Shown here: piece by piece, positions 41,090-53,663 of the stretch
How the letters are laid out: each line of letters opens with the position of its first letter
How positions within the stretch are numbered: the stretch's first letter is position 1
NCBI GenBank assembly: GCA_951406725.2
Contig: OX597814.1
Span: 31,434,001 to 31,498,000 of the forward strand
Length of the DNA stretch: 64,000 nucleotides
Origin: Octopus vulgaris
Lineage: Eukaryota
Direction of reading: 5' to 3'
Program-made: the position numbers and the translations under genes
Notes under the pieces: model-generated
The model's input: only the letters and a program-made list of their open reading frames with translations
Databases searched by the model: none
Told to the model about the DNA's origin: nothing

Positions 41090-41132
<43 letters not shown>

Positions 41133-41138
<6 letters not shown>

Positions 41139-41957
41139 CAACTAATAAGTGTGAGAAAATTGGATACTAATTCAATAGTACATCCATTTAACACAAAGTG
41201 GCTTAGTGCATAAGAAACCTGGATAACGATAAATTTTATACATAAATATAGGAGAGTAACCACTATGTGGTCGACTCTAGCACTAAAAATAGATCCGCTA
41301 GGTTTCAGCCACAAAGAATTGTTTCCGATGAAAGTTAGTACGACTACTAGCGCAAACGAACAGGGCAAATAAAAATAACAAAAATGCAGATTAGTTCAGG
41401 ACAATTGTTTCGCTAGTCGACCACATAGTGGTTATTCTCTTATATTTATGAATAAAACGTATCGTAATCCAGGTTTCTTATACACTAAGCCACTTGGTGT
41501 TAAATGGATGTACTATTAAATTAGTATCCAATTTTCTCACCCTTATTAGTTGATTGTAATTATACTACATTTAATTTTGGATGTAGTATCTGTTTCCGTG
41601 AATTTTGGCGGGCTGAGGCAGGGGCACTTGAATTATAACAGCGAATGCAATCGACTGAACCGCACGTGTGTTTATCGTCATGGTAAAATCTAACGTGCGG
41701 TTGAGTAAATTATATTCTGGACGGGTTCGGCTGAAGAGCTACAGATATGTTATGTGAGTAAAATTACATAATTTATTAATAGCGAAACAATTGTCCTGAA
41801 CTAATCTGCTTTTTTGTTATTTTTATTTGCCCTGTTCGTTTGCGCTAGTAGTCGTGCTAACTTTTATCGGAAACAATTCTTTGAGGCTGAAACCTAGCGG
41901 ATCTATTTTTAGTGCTAGAGTCGACCACATAGAGGTTACTCTCTTAAATTTATGTAT
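41133..41957. mobile_element. non-coding hammerhead-bearing element: inverted partial copy plus terminally redundant 504-nt unit
   Basis: 41133-41415 is the reverse complement of 41780-41957 continued by 41416-41557. gtcgaccacatag recurs at 41416 and 41920. Flanked by (TA)n. Confidence 0.88.
41724..41802 (+). ncRNA. type I hammerhead ribozyme motif
   Basis: GGTTCGG-CTGAAGA-GCTA(38 nt)TAGC-GAAAC-AATT-GTC-CTGAACT. Complete core, GUC triplet, palindromic helix III ACAATTGT. Confidence 0.9.
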
Positions 41958-42469
41958 ATATATATATATGATATGATATATGATGGATGTCGTCTCGTCA
42001 CCGAGAGAAGCCATCATTGACGAGTAAGAACACTATGCACTAAGACAAAATTATAGTTTATACCGGTGGCTTCGCTGGCGTCTACTATTTTTGACTAGTA
42101 TTTTAGAAGAAACACGTATTTCGCATGCTGAGCTTCAGCGAACTGCTCAAAAATTCAATGTAGTGAATGGGGCAAGTTTCGTCTGCAGTATCTCCGGACG
42201 ACGTCTATGTCTATCAAGAGCTGGGTTCATTAGTCATCTATGCATGTGTGTGTGTGTTTGCGTGAGTGTGTTATTTTCCGTGTGTGTGTGTCTGTATGCG
42301 TCCAAACTGTTTATATACGTACACACTCACACATACACCCCCCACAGACACGCATACTCCCCCCCCGCACAACATGTGTGAGAGTATGCGTGTGTGTATG
42401 AGTGTGACAGATTGTTCGTACTTGTCCTTCCATTTCACTAATTTTTCTTCACTAATATCACCAAAAGTT

Positions 42470-42565
42470 GAGGCGCGGGGCTTAGTGGTTAGGGTGTCAG
42501 CATCATGATCGTAAGATTGTGGTTTCTATTCCTTGACCAGGCGACGCGTGGTGTTCTTGAGCAAA
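42470..42565 (+). mobile_element. tRNA-derived SINE head fragment (family D-like)
   Basis: gaggcgcggggcttagtggttagggtg...ggtttctattcc...gtgttcttgagcaa. Confidence 0.7.
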
Positions 42566-42738
42566 AAAGATTTTTGATGCACTTTGTCACTAACTCTCAA
42601 GACTAGAGTTCTCATTTTGCTAATAGAAGCTTCCTACTGGCAATGAAAACGCTCCTAAAAATGACATGTTATTTCGTTTTCACACTGTTTTCTTTTTTAT
42701 CCTTTGTCTCAGTCCCCCGCTCCACTCTTTATACTCAA

Positions 42739-43138
42739 CTAGCAGTATCGCCCGGCGTTGCTCGGGTTTGTAAGGGAAATAACTATATAAGAATTTTTAG
42801 AGAGTTATAGCCAAAAAATAGCAAAAAAATGCATTAAAAATGGAAAAAAAATGATGGTAATTTTTTTTTTAAAAATCGTTGACTCATCGTAGACATTTTT
42901 AGAGAGTTACTTCCCTTATATAATAGCGAAAAAAATGCATTAAAATGGAAAAAATTATGGTAATTTTTTTTTTTAATCGTAGACTCATCGTAGAGGTGCG
43001 CTAATACCCAGAAGGGCTCGATATGAATCACGACTATAAGATACCCGGTTTTGGTTAAACTGCACCGCAAAATGTGGGAGTAGTTAGGAATCTAAATCGT
43101 AGGAGACAGACACACAACCTCTCTTTTATATATAAAGA
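42739..43138 (-). mobile_element. non-autonomous Helitron (400 bp)
   Basis: Minus strand: A|TCTTTATATATAAAAG ... CCCGAGCAACGCCGGG hairpin, CGATACTGCTAG|T. No TSD; internal ~100-bp duplication. Confidence 0.85.
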
Positions 43139-43699
43139 TTTTCTTAGATTTTTTACAGTACTTCGGCAACATAAAACATCTTTGACAAACGTGATTCTTC
43201 TCCGTTATAAATGCTCCTTTCTTCTATCTCATTATATCTCACGTTACATTTATTGCGCTGTAGCAGTACTTTCCCCTTAATTCGCACTCATTACCGTCTC
43301 TTCTACTTATTTACAATAATTCCATCGTTCTTTCTTAATCTTACGTCTTTCTCTATCATACAGGAATAAATATTTCAGTCATAGCTTCCTAATCACCATG
43401 ATCTGTTTTGAAACATTTCTACACGTATTTTCATACACGTTCGTTCTTCGTTTTTTTTTCTTCATTTTTTCCGCTTAATTCTTGGTGCAATTTTTAAATA
43501 TAAATACATGTACTATTTTGTCTATAGCTTTCATTATTAAACTTTATGTGCTTTGGTGCTTCTGCTGTTCAAATTAATCTTTCAGTTTTTCACTCCGTTA
43601 TTTAAATAGTCATCTATCGTCAGCTTTCTCAATTTGTCTCTAAATTTACTTTCACCTTATCTTTAAATTATCTATTTCTCTGTATTTATATTATCACTA

Positions 43700-44101
43700 T
43701 CTTTTTCTCTTTTACTTGTTTCAGTCATTTGACTGCGGCCATGCTGGAGCATCGCCTTTAGTCGAGCAGATCGATCCCGGGACTTATTCTTTGTAAGCCC
43801 AGTACTTATTCTATCGGTTTCTTTTGCCGAACCGCTAAGTGACGAGGACATAAACCCACCAGCATCGGTTGTCAAGCAATGCTAGAGGGACAAACACAGA
43901 CACACAAACATATACACACACATACATATAAATATACATATATACGACAGGCTTCTTTCAGTTTCCGTCTACCAAATCCACTCACAAGGCATTGGTCGAA
44001 CTATAGCAAAAGACACTTGCCCAAGATGCCATGCAGTGGGACTGAACCCGGAACCATGTGGTTGGTAAGCAACCTACTTACCACACAGCCACTCCTGCGC
44101 C
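43700..44101 (-). mobile_element. SINE family C
   Basis: Near full-length match to 62971-63373. Confidence 0.92.
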
Positions 44102-44938
44102 TCACTGCCAATCTATTTCTCTTTTGTGTATCTGATATCCATTCATGTACATCTTTTCTTTTAAATCTATTAAAGTATATTCATGGTTATTTTATTTCAG
44201 CTTTCACTAATATGCGTACATATGTATATGGGTATGCATTTACATATGAATATAGCTGTCTATATATCAATCCATCAAACCGAGATGAATATATGTGTCG
44301 AACCTGTGCTCGCGCATATGTGAGTAGATGTGCGTACTCTCTTTCTCCTCTCTTACTCTCTTTCTCTCTTCTCTCATACCACCTTCCCCTTCTCCCTTCA
44401 TCGTCAATCCTCACCCATAAGCCCACCCCCCCTACACATTCCTACTCCACCTTCCCTATCCTTCCTATCCAACCCCATCCCATCCCATCCCTTACACTCT
44501 CTCTCTCTCACATACCCCACCTCTACCCCACCCTCTGTCTACCTACAAACCCACCTCTACCCCCACCCTCTGTCTACCCACATACCCCCAACTCTACCCC
44601 AACCCTCAGCCTAACCCACACCCCACCCGTGCTTTCCCCACTCTCGCCTCTCCCACCTCCCAACAACATCACACCACACCACACCACACTACACCATACC
44701 ACACAACACATCACAACACACCACCACCCACGCACCAGCACTGACCAATTCCCATCCCCACACTTTCACACCTATACATACACATGCGCACACGTTATGA
44801 CCACCAGCCCTCTTTCACACGTGCATACGTACTCTCTTACACACACGTGCACCTTCGTTTGGGATCACTTTTACTTTTATCTCCCCTACTTCTTTGCTCT
44901 CCTGTGTGACCCTTGTGTTCGGTATAAACATACATATA

Positions 44939-45019
<81 letters not shown>

Positions 45020-45103
45020 GAATACATATATAATTGAATACATATATAATTGAATACGATAGAGTGAACAAGAAGGAGTACGGTTGGACATTTATTTTTT
45101 AAT

Positions 45104-45141
45104 CACTACATATGTTTCCATATAACATACCTCTTCATATG
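45104..45141 (-). ncRNA. degenerate hammerhead motif
   Basis: Minus strand: CAT-ATGAAGA-ggtatgttatatg-GAAAC-ATAT-GTA-GTG. C3A variant, palindrome ACATATGT. Confidence 0.5.
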
Positions 45142-48100
45142 TACAGGTATTTCATTATGTAATCCTTTACTTGTATAATGGGATCCAGTTGTACTTCCTC
45201 GGTTGATATTCAATTGCTGTCTCCATTAGTTAAAAAAAAAACCTTCGACTTTGATGCTAACACATCCATCTGCCTTGTATGAATTTAGTAGATGCTGGCA
45301 ATTTGATTCTGCTTGCTGTTAATGTGTTTCTGCGTGCCTACTATGACTGGTATTTGATGTAGTGGATGTTTATTTTGGTACTATCCGATTTTTGATCTGT
45401 TCCTCAGATAAAAAATGTGAAATTCTAGTGATTGAAACGTTCTCGATGCAGCAGTCGTTTCTGGTATATCATTTTTGATGAATCGTTTTAATCTTATTGC
45501 CACCGTCTTGTGCGTTATCTAAGCTTTTGTGGTCTATCTTTTGTTCCTTTTTGTTATTGGCCGTAAATCCTGTGATATTGTGATTTGTTTGTTCATTGTC
45601 TAAGATATATTAAATTACATGCTTAAAAAAATAAATACTGGGACCGATACACCAGACTAAAATTCTTCAAAGAGGTGCTCCAGCATGGTCCGGTCTAGTG
45701 AGTGGAACAAATGCAAGATAAAAGATATATTATTGTTAATATTATTGAACGCTTGATTAGAATATCTGCAATACGTTGTGTTATTTCGTTAAATATGCAC
45801 TAAGTAAGTGGTCTACAATCTTCTGTTGACGAATAGCTACGAAAGAAAACACATTTGGTATGACTGAAGAGATTGTCGGGCACGATTGACGAAATGTGCC
45901 AAATAATCTTTAATTAATATATCTCTGATTAGTGGATTAGTTAAAATATACTATGGGCAAATCTTGACAATAAAGCTTGACTTCAGAAAAAAACATTTGG
46001 CTATATTTCCCCCTCTTGGTTGATGGAGCTACTGTAGTTGGCTTTCCATAGACGCTGACAATAAGAGGTTTTCATGTTGATAAATCTTTAAGCTTGGCAC
46101 TGAAATAACACCGATATTCTCTGTTGCTATACACCTTTCAAACGACAAATTCCCAGGATGATGCCAATTTCGGATTATTTTGTCAATGTTTTCGCATATG
46201 AAAAATACGGAGGCGGTACAATAACTGAAACAATAAAAAAATGCAAATATATTTGGATGTAGAAATTCCAGAAACACTTATGATGTCTGTTTGCTTTATT
46301 TACTATCCAGTAGTCTACACGATAGATATTTACAATACTGAAAAACATGAAATTAATAACATTTGAACCTATGATAGCCGTAAAACTTGGTTAATAGAAA
46401 TATTTATATATAGTGGGACCCGTGAATTTTTCACAGAATTAATGGTAAATATATTGGGTTATATCTGAAAACTTTATACAAAAAACCTGAAAGTGTAGTG
46501 TCTGTTGTGTCTATATGGAAAGATAGTCGCTCATCTGCTACTCATTAAAAAGTGAATGAAATTGGGATACGAAAATGACTCAATGAACTTTATATATACA
46601 CTTTATATACTTTATGCATAATTATATAGACTTAATACACAGCTCTCATAAAATAAATATTCATTCATATTTTTTTCATTTTCCCCATAAACAAAAAAAA
46701 AGTCCAGTGCATATAATATAACCTTTAGCTAAATTGCATATATTTTCCATGTAAATAAGCGTGAATATTTCACGGAATTGCACTTCTGCGCATGTGTTAA
46801 GTAATAGGTGATATAATAAACTTAGTTCAAGTAAAAAACAATACAATTTTCACTATCTAATCAGCACTACCTCCTCCTCCTCCTCCTCCTCCACCGCCAC
46901 CACACCACCACCACCATTTCTGTCTCCCTCGTCTCTCTCTCTCTCTCTCTCTCTCTTGTTTGTCTTTTCTCTCTCTATGTGACTTTATTTAACCTCACCA
47001 TCAGAACATCACCCCTCTGCCAAAGTTATATTTGTGTCTCCTTTACCTTCAACTAACTTTCTTAACCACGTAATAAATATTACGTTCCCCCTACCTCATG
47101 TCATCGACTCTTCTCTCTCCCTCTTTTTCTTTCTCCATCTTCCTGTCTCACTCATCGCCTTTTCCTCTTTTTCGCTCTTCCTTTTCTTTCTGCTTTCTTT
47201 CCCATCAAATAATAACGTGAAAGCGTTACAATTGTATTCCTTCTACCTCACGTCATGAACACTCCTCTCTCCCTCTTTTTCTCTTTCCTTTTATTTCTTC
47301 CCCTCTTTCTCTAATCACGTGAAAGCATTCCCGACGGGCTACGTAAAGTAATGACAAGCAATATTTTAAAAAGAAAGCTTGCCATAGAAAAGATTTGGCT
47401 TAATAGCCTCTCTATGCCTTTTTTCTTTCTGAGCAAAATATTTGGTACAGATATCAAGCTATTAACGAAAATTGATAAAATGAAAGTACTTCGAACTAAA
47501 TAGTATTAAAACTGATCTTAACACACACTTAGTTTTAAGAACATTCCCTTACAACGTCAGGATCCCCTGTATTGCAAAATAATGCAGAGCAAGGGATTAA
47601 CATTTCAAATTGCTAATTGGAATACATTGAAATTCGTCCAACTATTATTAAAATCCACGAAATTTATTCTCACTCAAAGGAGAATAGAGGGAACCTGCTG
47701 AAAGGTGTAATGAAGTGTGTATCAATTCAGAAGTGATAACCACAGGAAGTAGTCAGTTGAGATAGAGGCCCTATAGAACCTCAGAAATACTACCGCTTTC
47801 GAGATATAGAGGTGAAACACTTTATATACGTATACAATGCACTATGTCTGGGGAAACCTAAGAATGTTGCCCATGCCAGGAGAAAGTATTTTCATGTAGC
47901 CTTGTAACTATATGTCTTGTTAAATTTAAAAGATTATACGTTTCGAAATTTAAATTTAGGAGGTAGCTATAAAATACGTGCAGATGGCTTAACTCTTATA
48001 GCACCAATTTACATTATAAATTGTCGAATGTATGACAACTGATCTGAAGAAAAAATATCTCAAAGTTATTACGTATACTTCATGCAGTTTAGCAAACAAT

Positions 48101-48539
48101 ATAGTGAGTTAAAATACTCCGTATAACTGAGAAAATATTTGCGGCTAGAAGACAAAATTCCCTGTAAATGGCCTTGAAATTATATCAAGCAAAACTATAA
48201 TAAATCTATAATACCATAAACTATTAAGATTAGACTATAAACTATGAACATCAAACAAAGCTATAATACCAAAAGTCGTAATTAATTTAAATTTAGGAAA
48301 TGTTAACACGATTCAGACAGAGGTGGATCCTACCTGCAAAGAGAACTGATGAAAGTACTGAAATTATCATTAGGTGTTCTCAGGAAATAATATTAATTTC
48401 ACTTGGCTTGACTTTGTATAGCTCAGTATGTTATCTTCTGTTTTTAAATATTTAAAACATTCCTCCGAGGGAGAAGCTGATTTTCTAACAGAAATACAAA
48501 GCTCCGTCATTGGAATGAAGATAGCAGAAACATATTCAC

Positions 48540-49830
48540 ATTTTAAAATTGAAAAAAAATCTCGTGGAAAGAGACTGTATTTGTAATTTGCGGATTTTAA
48601 GATTTGATAACCCTAGCGTATCGAGAGTGTCACACAGACATTAACTCACAAAACCAATTGCAACGATTATTATTAATATGAATGTGAATCTATAACAGCA
48701 GTTAAACCTAGTTATCCTCTTTTTCGAAGAGATATTCATATCAGCAGGACAGCTGACCTCTATGAGGGTACATACATTTATTGTCTGTCGCAAACATAAA
48801 TATGAGACCTGTTACGTTTATACTTGAAAGACGTTTATATAAGCATGTTTCACCGATATCATTTTTGTTAATGTTTGTGTACGAATTCAAAAACAAGGGT
48901 GATTTTCTAAATTTCTTCCGGGGCACTATTTTTTTCGAATGACATTATATATAGTTTAAGCAAAAACGTCGAGTTGCATAGCGATGTCGTACTTTCATGA
49001 CATTTTTGGACACCTGCTAATCTTATGAGTGATGTCTTCCACAGAAGCGTGACGTAATCTTTATCTTCTGTTGCATCTTAGGGCTCTAAGGACTTCATTG
49101 TCCCTTTTGCTTATTGGATATTTCATAGTAAACTCCTGTTCTACTGAAAATGCATAACCTTCGATGTGTGATCTGATATAGCGACCACAAGTCCAAAAAA
49201 TGCTGCACCTCATGTCAATATAATTGCATTTTTTGAGCCTCCGGGAAACATACCCATTCAAAGTAATTTTCTTTTTGATCACTAAGCGTGTTTCAGACCC
49301 AGGTCTTACTTGAAGCATGTTAGTCCTGTTCTTTTAAGGCTTTATGGGACGCCATCGGGAAAAGAGTAGTTTCAGAGGAGCTCACTGCTGGCACGCTTGA
49401 TGTCGTTTTCTTCGTTTTTCAGTATTAAGATTATATATTTATTTTTGCTGATGTTAAACAGGTGTTGTCTGAAAATTGAAGACTGTCTGCACTGATTTTA
49501 AGTCTCTCCCTCTTTCATCTCTTCTTACGTGTGGCCGGTCGATAACATTGTTTTTGTGAACATTTTCATTTGATGTCAGGATCTTGTCTGTTTTAACGTC
49601 CATGAAGTGCATTTCGTCTACGAACCAGTCAAATGTCCCAAATTTACCAGTACTGTAAATGCATCGTGCGATACTGTCTTGTTATAAGAAGAGGGTTCCA
49701 ATTGTCGTGCCTGTCTAAGCCTGTTGTAATATTCTAGGTTCACTCTATCTCTATTCACATCACCTTCTACATGTTGTCTTCATTTCCCATGTATTTGTAG
49801 CTGGACCAAGTGCATGGAAAAGGAAGGAAA
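48540..49830 (-). mobile_element. heavily decayed RLE-type non-LTR retrotransposon
   Basis: Minus-strand fragments YKYMG, DWFVDEMHFMDVKTDKIL..RGRDLK, SHIEGYAF..EQE, VEDITHKISRCPKMS, LIEVSCPAD and KLQIQSLS. Related to 14425 and 24395. Confidence 0.8.
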
Positions 49831-49945
49831 CTATATAGAAAAATGAAATGCTTGCTTATTCCTTGCTTTTGTGTAAATACATTGAAAAAAAGAAAAAAAC
49901 AAGAGTGTGCATAATGTTTGACTCTCCCTCATATTTATGTGTGTA

Positions 49946-50328
49946 CTAGCAGTATCGCCCGGCGTTGCTCAGGTTTGTAAGGGAAATAACTATAAAGCAT
50001 TTTTAGAGTTATAGCCAAAAAATAGCAAAAAAATGGAAAAAAATGATGGTAAATATTTTTTTGAGATTTAAAAAAGGTGGAGTTGCATCCCCTAGACAGT
50101 TTGTGGTTCGTGTTTCTGAATCTCGACCCCATGTCGAATTTATCGATTTTTTTCAGAACTGGGGGAACTTTTCAAAATTTTCGCTGCGTTAGTTTTGAAT
50201 TATGGCATTGGGCTATGTGTGTGTCAAGTTTCATCAGAATCGGTTGAAAGCCGTGGTCAGGGTGAGGGTACAAGCAAACAGACACACAGAAACACACACA
50301 GACAAACTGCCGTTTATATATAGAGAGA
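49946..50328 (-). mobile_element. non-autonomous Helitron (383 bp)
   Basis: Same CTAG/hairpin end and ~110 bp as 42739, with a different 5' part starting A|TCTCTCTATATATAAAC. Confidence 0.85.
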
Positions 50329-51054
50329 TTTATGTATGTATGTATGTATGTATGTATGTATGTATGTATGTATGTATGTATGTATGCATGTATGTATGTA
50401 TGCATGTATGTATCTATACATGTATGTATGTGTCTATGCATGTTTGTATATGTACGTATGTGATGATGATTATGAATATAAGTGCTGAACGAAACAGAGT
50501 CAGAGGCTTTTTGTATATGGAATACCTATACACATGAGTCTCACCTATATAATTATAATAAATTGAAAACCGATTAACTGGCATTTTCTTTGTAATTAGA
50601 ATACATAATCTCCAGCCATAAAGATTTCCGATTAATTATGCCTAGAGTTATCTCGTTCCTTGCTTTCACTTATTTCAAAAATGACTAGGAGCTTTTGGTA
50701 TTTTATTTGTAAGAATAATAAGAAAATATATTTCACAGTTAATCGATGTATTCAACTCCCTGTATTAAACATAGACATCTCTACCCTACGTGTATTACGG
50801 TAGGGATATATGCGATACATTGCACATGCTATCAGCAGCTGCTCAATGCCGTCCACTTGATACTATGATGCGTTGCACTGTTGCTAAATTAATATACAAG
50901 ACCAGCCATCGGAAATACTGTCCTGTGGGAAATATATCACGTAATTCTGAAGTCGAGTACATTCATATGTCTCAACACAAATGATACTCGTGGACCCTTA
51001 AGAACAATGTCTGTATCAAATGCAAACGCAACAATCATCCCGTAGAAGATGGGG

Positions 51055-51347
51055 GTTGTTTTTTGTTCCTTCTCGAGTCACGCCTGGCTCATAAGGGCCG
51101 GTTTCCAGGTTTCCTTGGTGTATAGGTTTCACACCTGGACGGGACGCCGGTCCGTCGCACGTGGGGAAGAAAGAGTGAGAGAAAGTTGTGGTGAAATAGT
51201 CAGCAGAAGTTCGCTATTACCTTCTGCCGGAGCCGCGTGAAGCTTAGGTGTTTCGCTCATAAACGCACACAACGCCCGGTCTGATTCGAACCCGCGATCC
51301 CTCGACCGCGAGTCCGCTGCACTAACCACTAGGCCATGTGTCTCCAC
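51055..51347 (-). mobile_element. tRNA-derived SINE family A
   Basis: Minus strand: catggcctagtggttag..cagcggactcgcggtcg..gatcgcgggttcgaatc, matching the 1386 copy; different tail. Confidence 0.88.
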
Positions 51348-51859
51348 TAGCAGATGGGGTAAAATAGAAAAATTATGATCAGTCATGGACATCATTTTAC
51401 TAATCAGACATGAATATTTTGCTGAAAATTATCGAGAAAGAGATTTGTTGACAATTGCTTGCAAACTATCAGTTCCTCTTTCCACGTTACAATTTCTTTA
51501 ATGTATCCTTAATCATGGATTTACTGAATGTAATTTTAATCGATTAGTTTAAGATGTATTTAAGCAGTTGTTCCGTAAAACAAAGGAATCAAGTGGATAT
51601 CATACATTGCGCAACGTCTATTTCTGAGCAAAACAGTGATAAAACCAGTCTGTATTGGCTGTATGGTATCTTTTTCTGAATATATATGAAAATTAATGAG
51701 GAATTATGTTTTTATTCATCTCTATCACATCAGGTTGTCAAGTTATACAGAGACGTTACTTTTTTCTTTTTGTATAACATAAGTAAATGATAAATTAAAA
51801 CGCTCACCTTATATTGACTTAAATGTTAAAGCTAATATATTTTTCTTTACTTTCAGTCT

Positions 51860-53036
51860 GTGAATATGTATAGAGGCTGTATCAATTCACCATCTATATT
51901 CTGCTGTTTGCGGGCAATTCACCCCTTCAGATTCCAGGAGCAATATTGTTCTTTGTTGAAGCGCTGCTATTTAGTTTATTTTGGCTGCAAACTGGGAGAC
52001 CAGGACAAGCCATTTACTCCTCACAAAACTTACAAGAGATGGATCAGTAAGCTTCAAATGTGGTCAGTTGGAAAACTTAAGTGTATGCCCTTTGGAGTAC
52101 CAATGGTATGGCGGGAGCCGATGAACCACTATGATGACTGCTAATTTTGTATGACTAAAGTAGCTGAATTCAACAAGAAGACTAAAGATGGCATAATATT
52201 CCCAAATATTCATTCAGCAATAAGGTCTGTTTCACACTCACATGATATCCCTCTACGTGTGCCACCTGAGACACGGGAAATTTCATCAGAGTCTGATAGT
52301 AGTTATACTAATGAGATGGAAGTAGACTATGATCCACCAACAAGATCACAAAGCGAAGTGAACGCCTGGTTTTCCTTCAAGGAGATTGTCCAAAAGTTTT
52401 TGGGAAACACCCGCTCCCAGAATATTCAGAAATGATCCAAGACCTGATATCAAGTTTCCAACAACTTCGGTCTAGAATGAATGCGATGATGCATTTTTTA
52501 CACTCGCAAAAATTGTGGAGATTACAGAGAGGAACAAGGAGAGCGGTTCCATCAAGATATTTGCATCATGGAAACTCGATAGCAGGGCAAATGGAATATC
52601 AGCATGCTGGCGGAGTGCTGCTTGTCATTGAAACGTGATGGTTCCGATGCACAGCTCAAGCGGAAATCAAAGCGGTCCTTGTTCCTTTGCATCAACATGT
52701 AGGTTAACCATTAGGAGAATATTGTTTACATTAATATGGTTTGATGTAGATAATTCTGATTCACTTCATGATGATCGTCATTAGTTTCTTATTGATTTGG
52801 AAAATATATGTTATTAAAACTATCAGAATGTGCTTTTCCTTGATCACTTATTTCATTTTAATAAAGTCACAATTTATTAACAATTCACATTTTTTATTAT
52901 TATTGATTTGGATTTTATACAACATCCTTATGTGACATAACAAAATCGTTCAGATATTTAAAATCAGCAACCCAAGAATATGTAACATCACATCCATGAA
53001 TAAACATTAAAAATAATTCTCAAATGCAGACGAGTG
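51860..53036 (+). pseudogene. internally deleted Chapaev3-like (CMC) DNA transposon remnant
   Basis: Fragments YFGCKLGDQDKPFTPH, PMVWREPMNHYDDC, PNIHSAIRSVSH, AWFSFKEIVQKFLGN, HFLHS and EEQGERFHQDI. Putative 3' terminus ...gcagacgagtg at 53036. Family name is from recalled motifs. Confidence 0.7.
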
Positions 53037-53049
53037 TAACAGGCTGTTT

Positions 53050-53260
53050 ATTAAATACAAATATAGGTGCATTATGTACATTATTTACAATTGACGGATA
53101 TTTGTCCTCATCTTGTTTGTTGTTAACACAGCATTTCGGCTGATATACCCTCCAGCCTTCATCATGTGTCTTGGGGAAATTTCAAACCTGGGTTCTCATT
53201 CCTAAGGTATTTTCGATGTTGTTGTTGTTGTTGTTATCATCATCATCATCATCATCATCA

Positions 53261-53334
<74 letters not shown>

Positions 53335-53411
53335 TTCACTGCTTAGAATCGAACTCGGAATCTTGGGTTTAGTAGCCCGCGCTCCGAACCACTACAGCGT
53401 ATGCCCACGGG
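53050..53411 (-). mobile_element. tRNA-derived SINE family E with internal (AAT/GAT/AAC)n and hammerhead-like 3' tail
   Basis: Minus-strand head cccgtgggcatacgctgtagtggttcggagcgcgggctactaaacccaagattccgagttcgattc. Tail GACAC-ATGATGA-a-GGCTG..CAGCC-GAAAT-GCT-GTGTT. Confidence 0.75.
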
Positions 53412-53663
53412 CATGCATTGAGAATGGTTTAAATGTTTTTATTATATTTAAAGATTTAACCGTTTTCACAATTTACCCTGATTTTCAAATGGTGAGATAG
53501 AAAGACGTGTTATGCCGCAACTGTCTTGCTTCGAATTAGTGTTTGAGACTTGTTCTATTTTATTGGGAGAACATGGCTCAAATTATCATATCTTTTGGAT
53601 AGGACTTCATTTGTAGAGTATAGTCACATGACTGGTCTTAGAAAGTTTTGTAGGTCCCCGCCA

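Noticed and set aside
43879-45021. 380-aa ORF
   Set aside because: It runs through an antisense SINE C, a C/A-rich low-complexity tract and (TA)n; no domain is present.
45855-45903. CTGAAGA...GAAAT hammerhead candidate
   Set aside because: The flanks pair, but there is no room for a third helix or NUH site, and helix II is poor.
48346-48372. CTGATGA-aagtact-GAAAT
   Set aside because: Helix II is too short and helix I is absent; probably chance.
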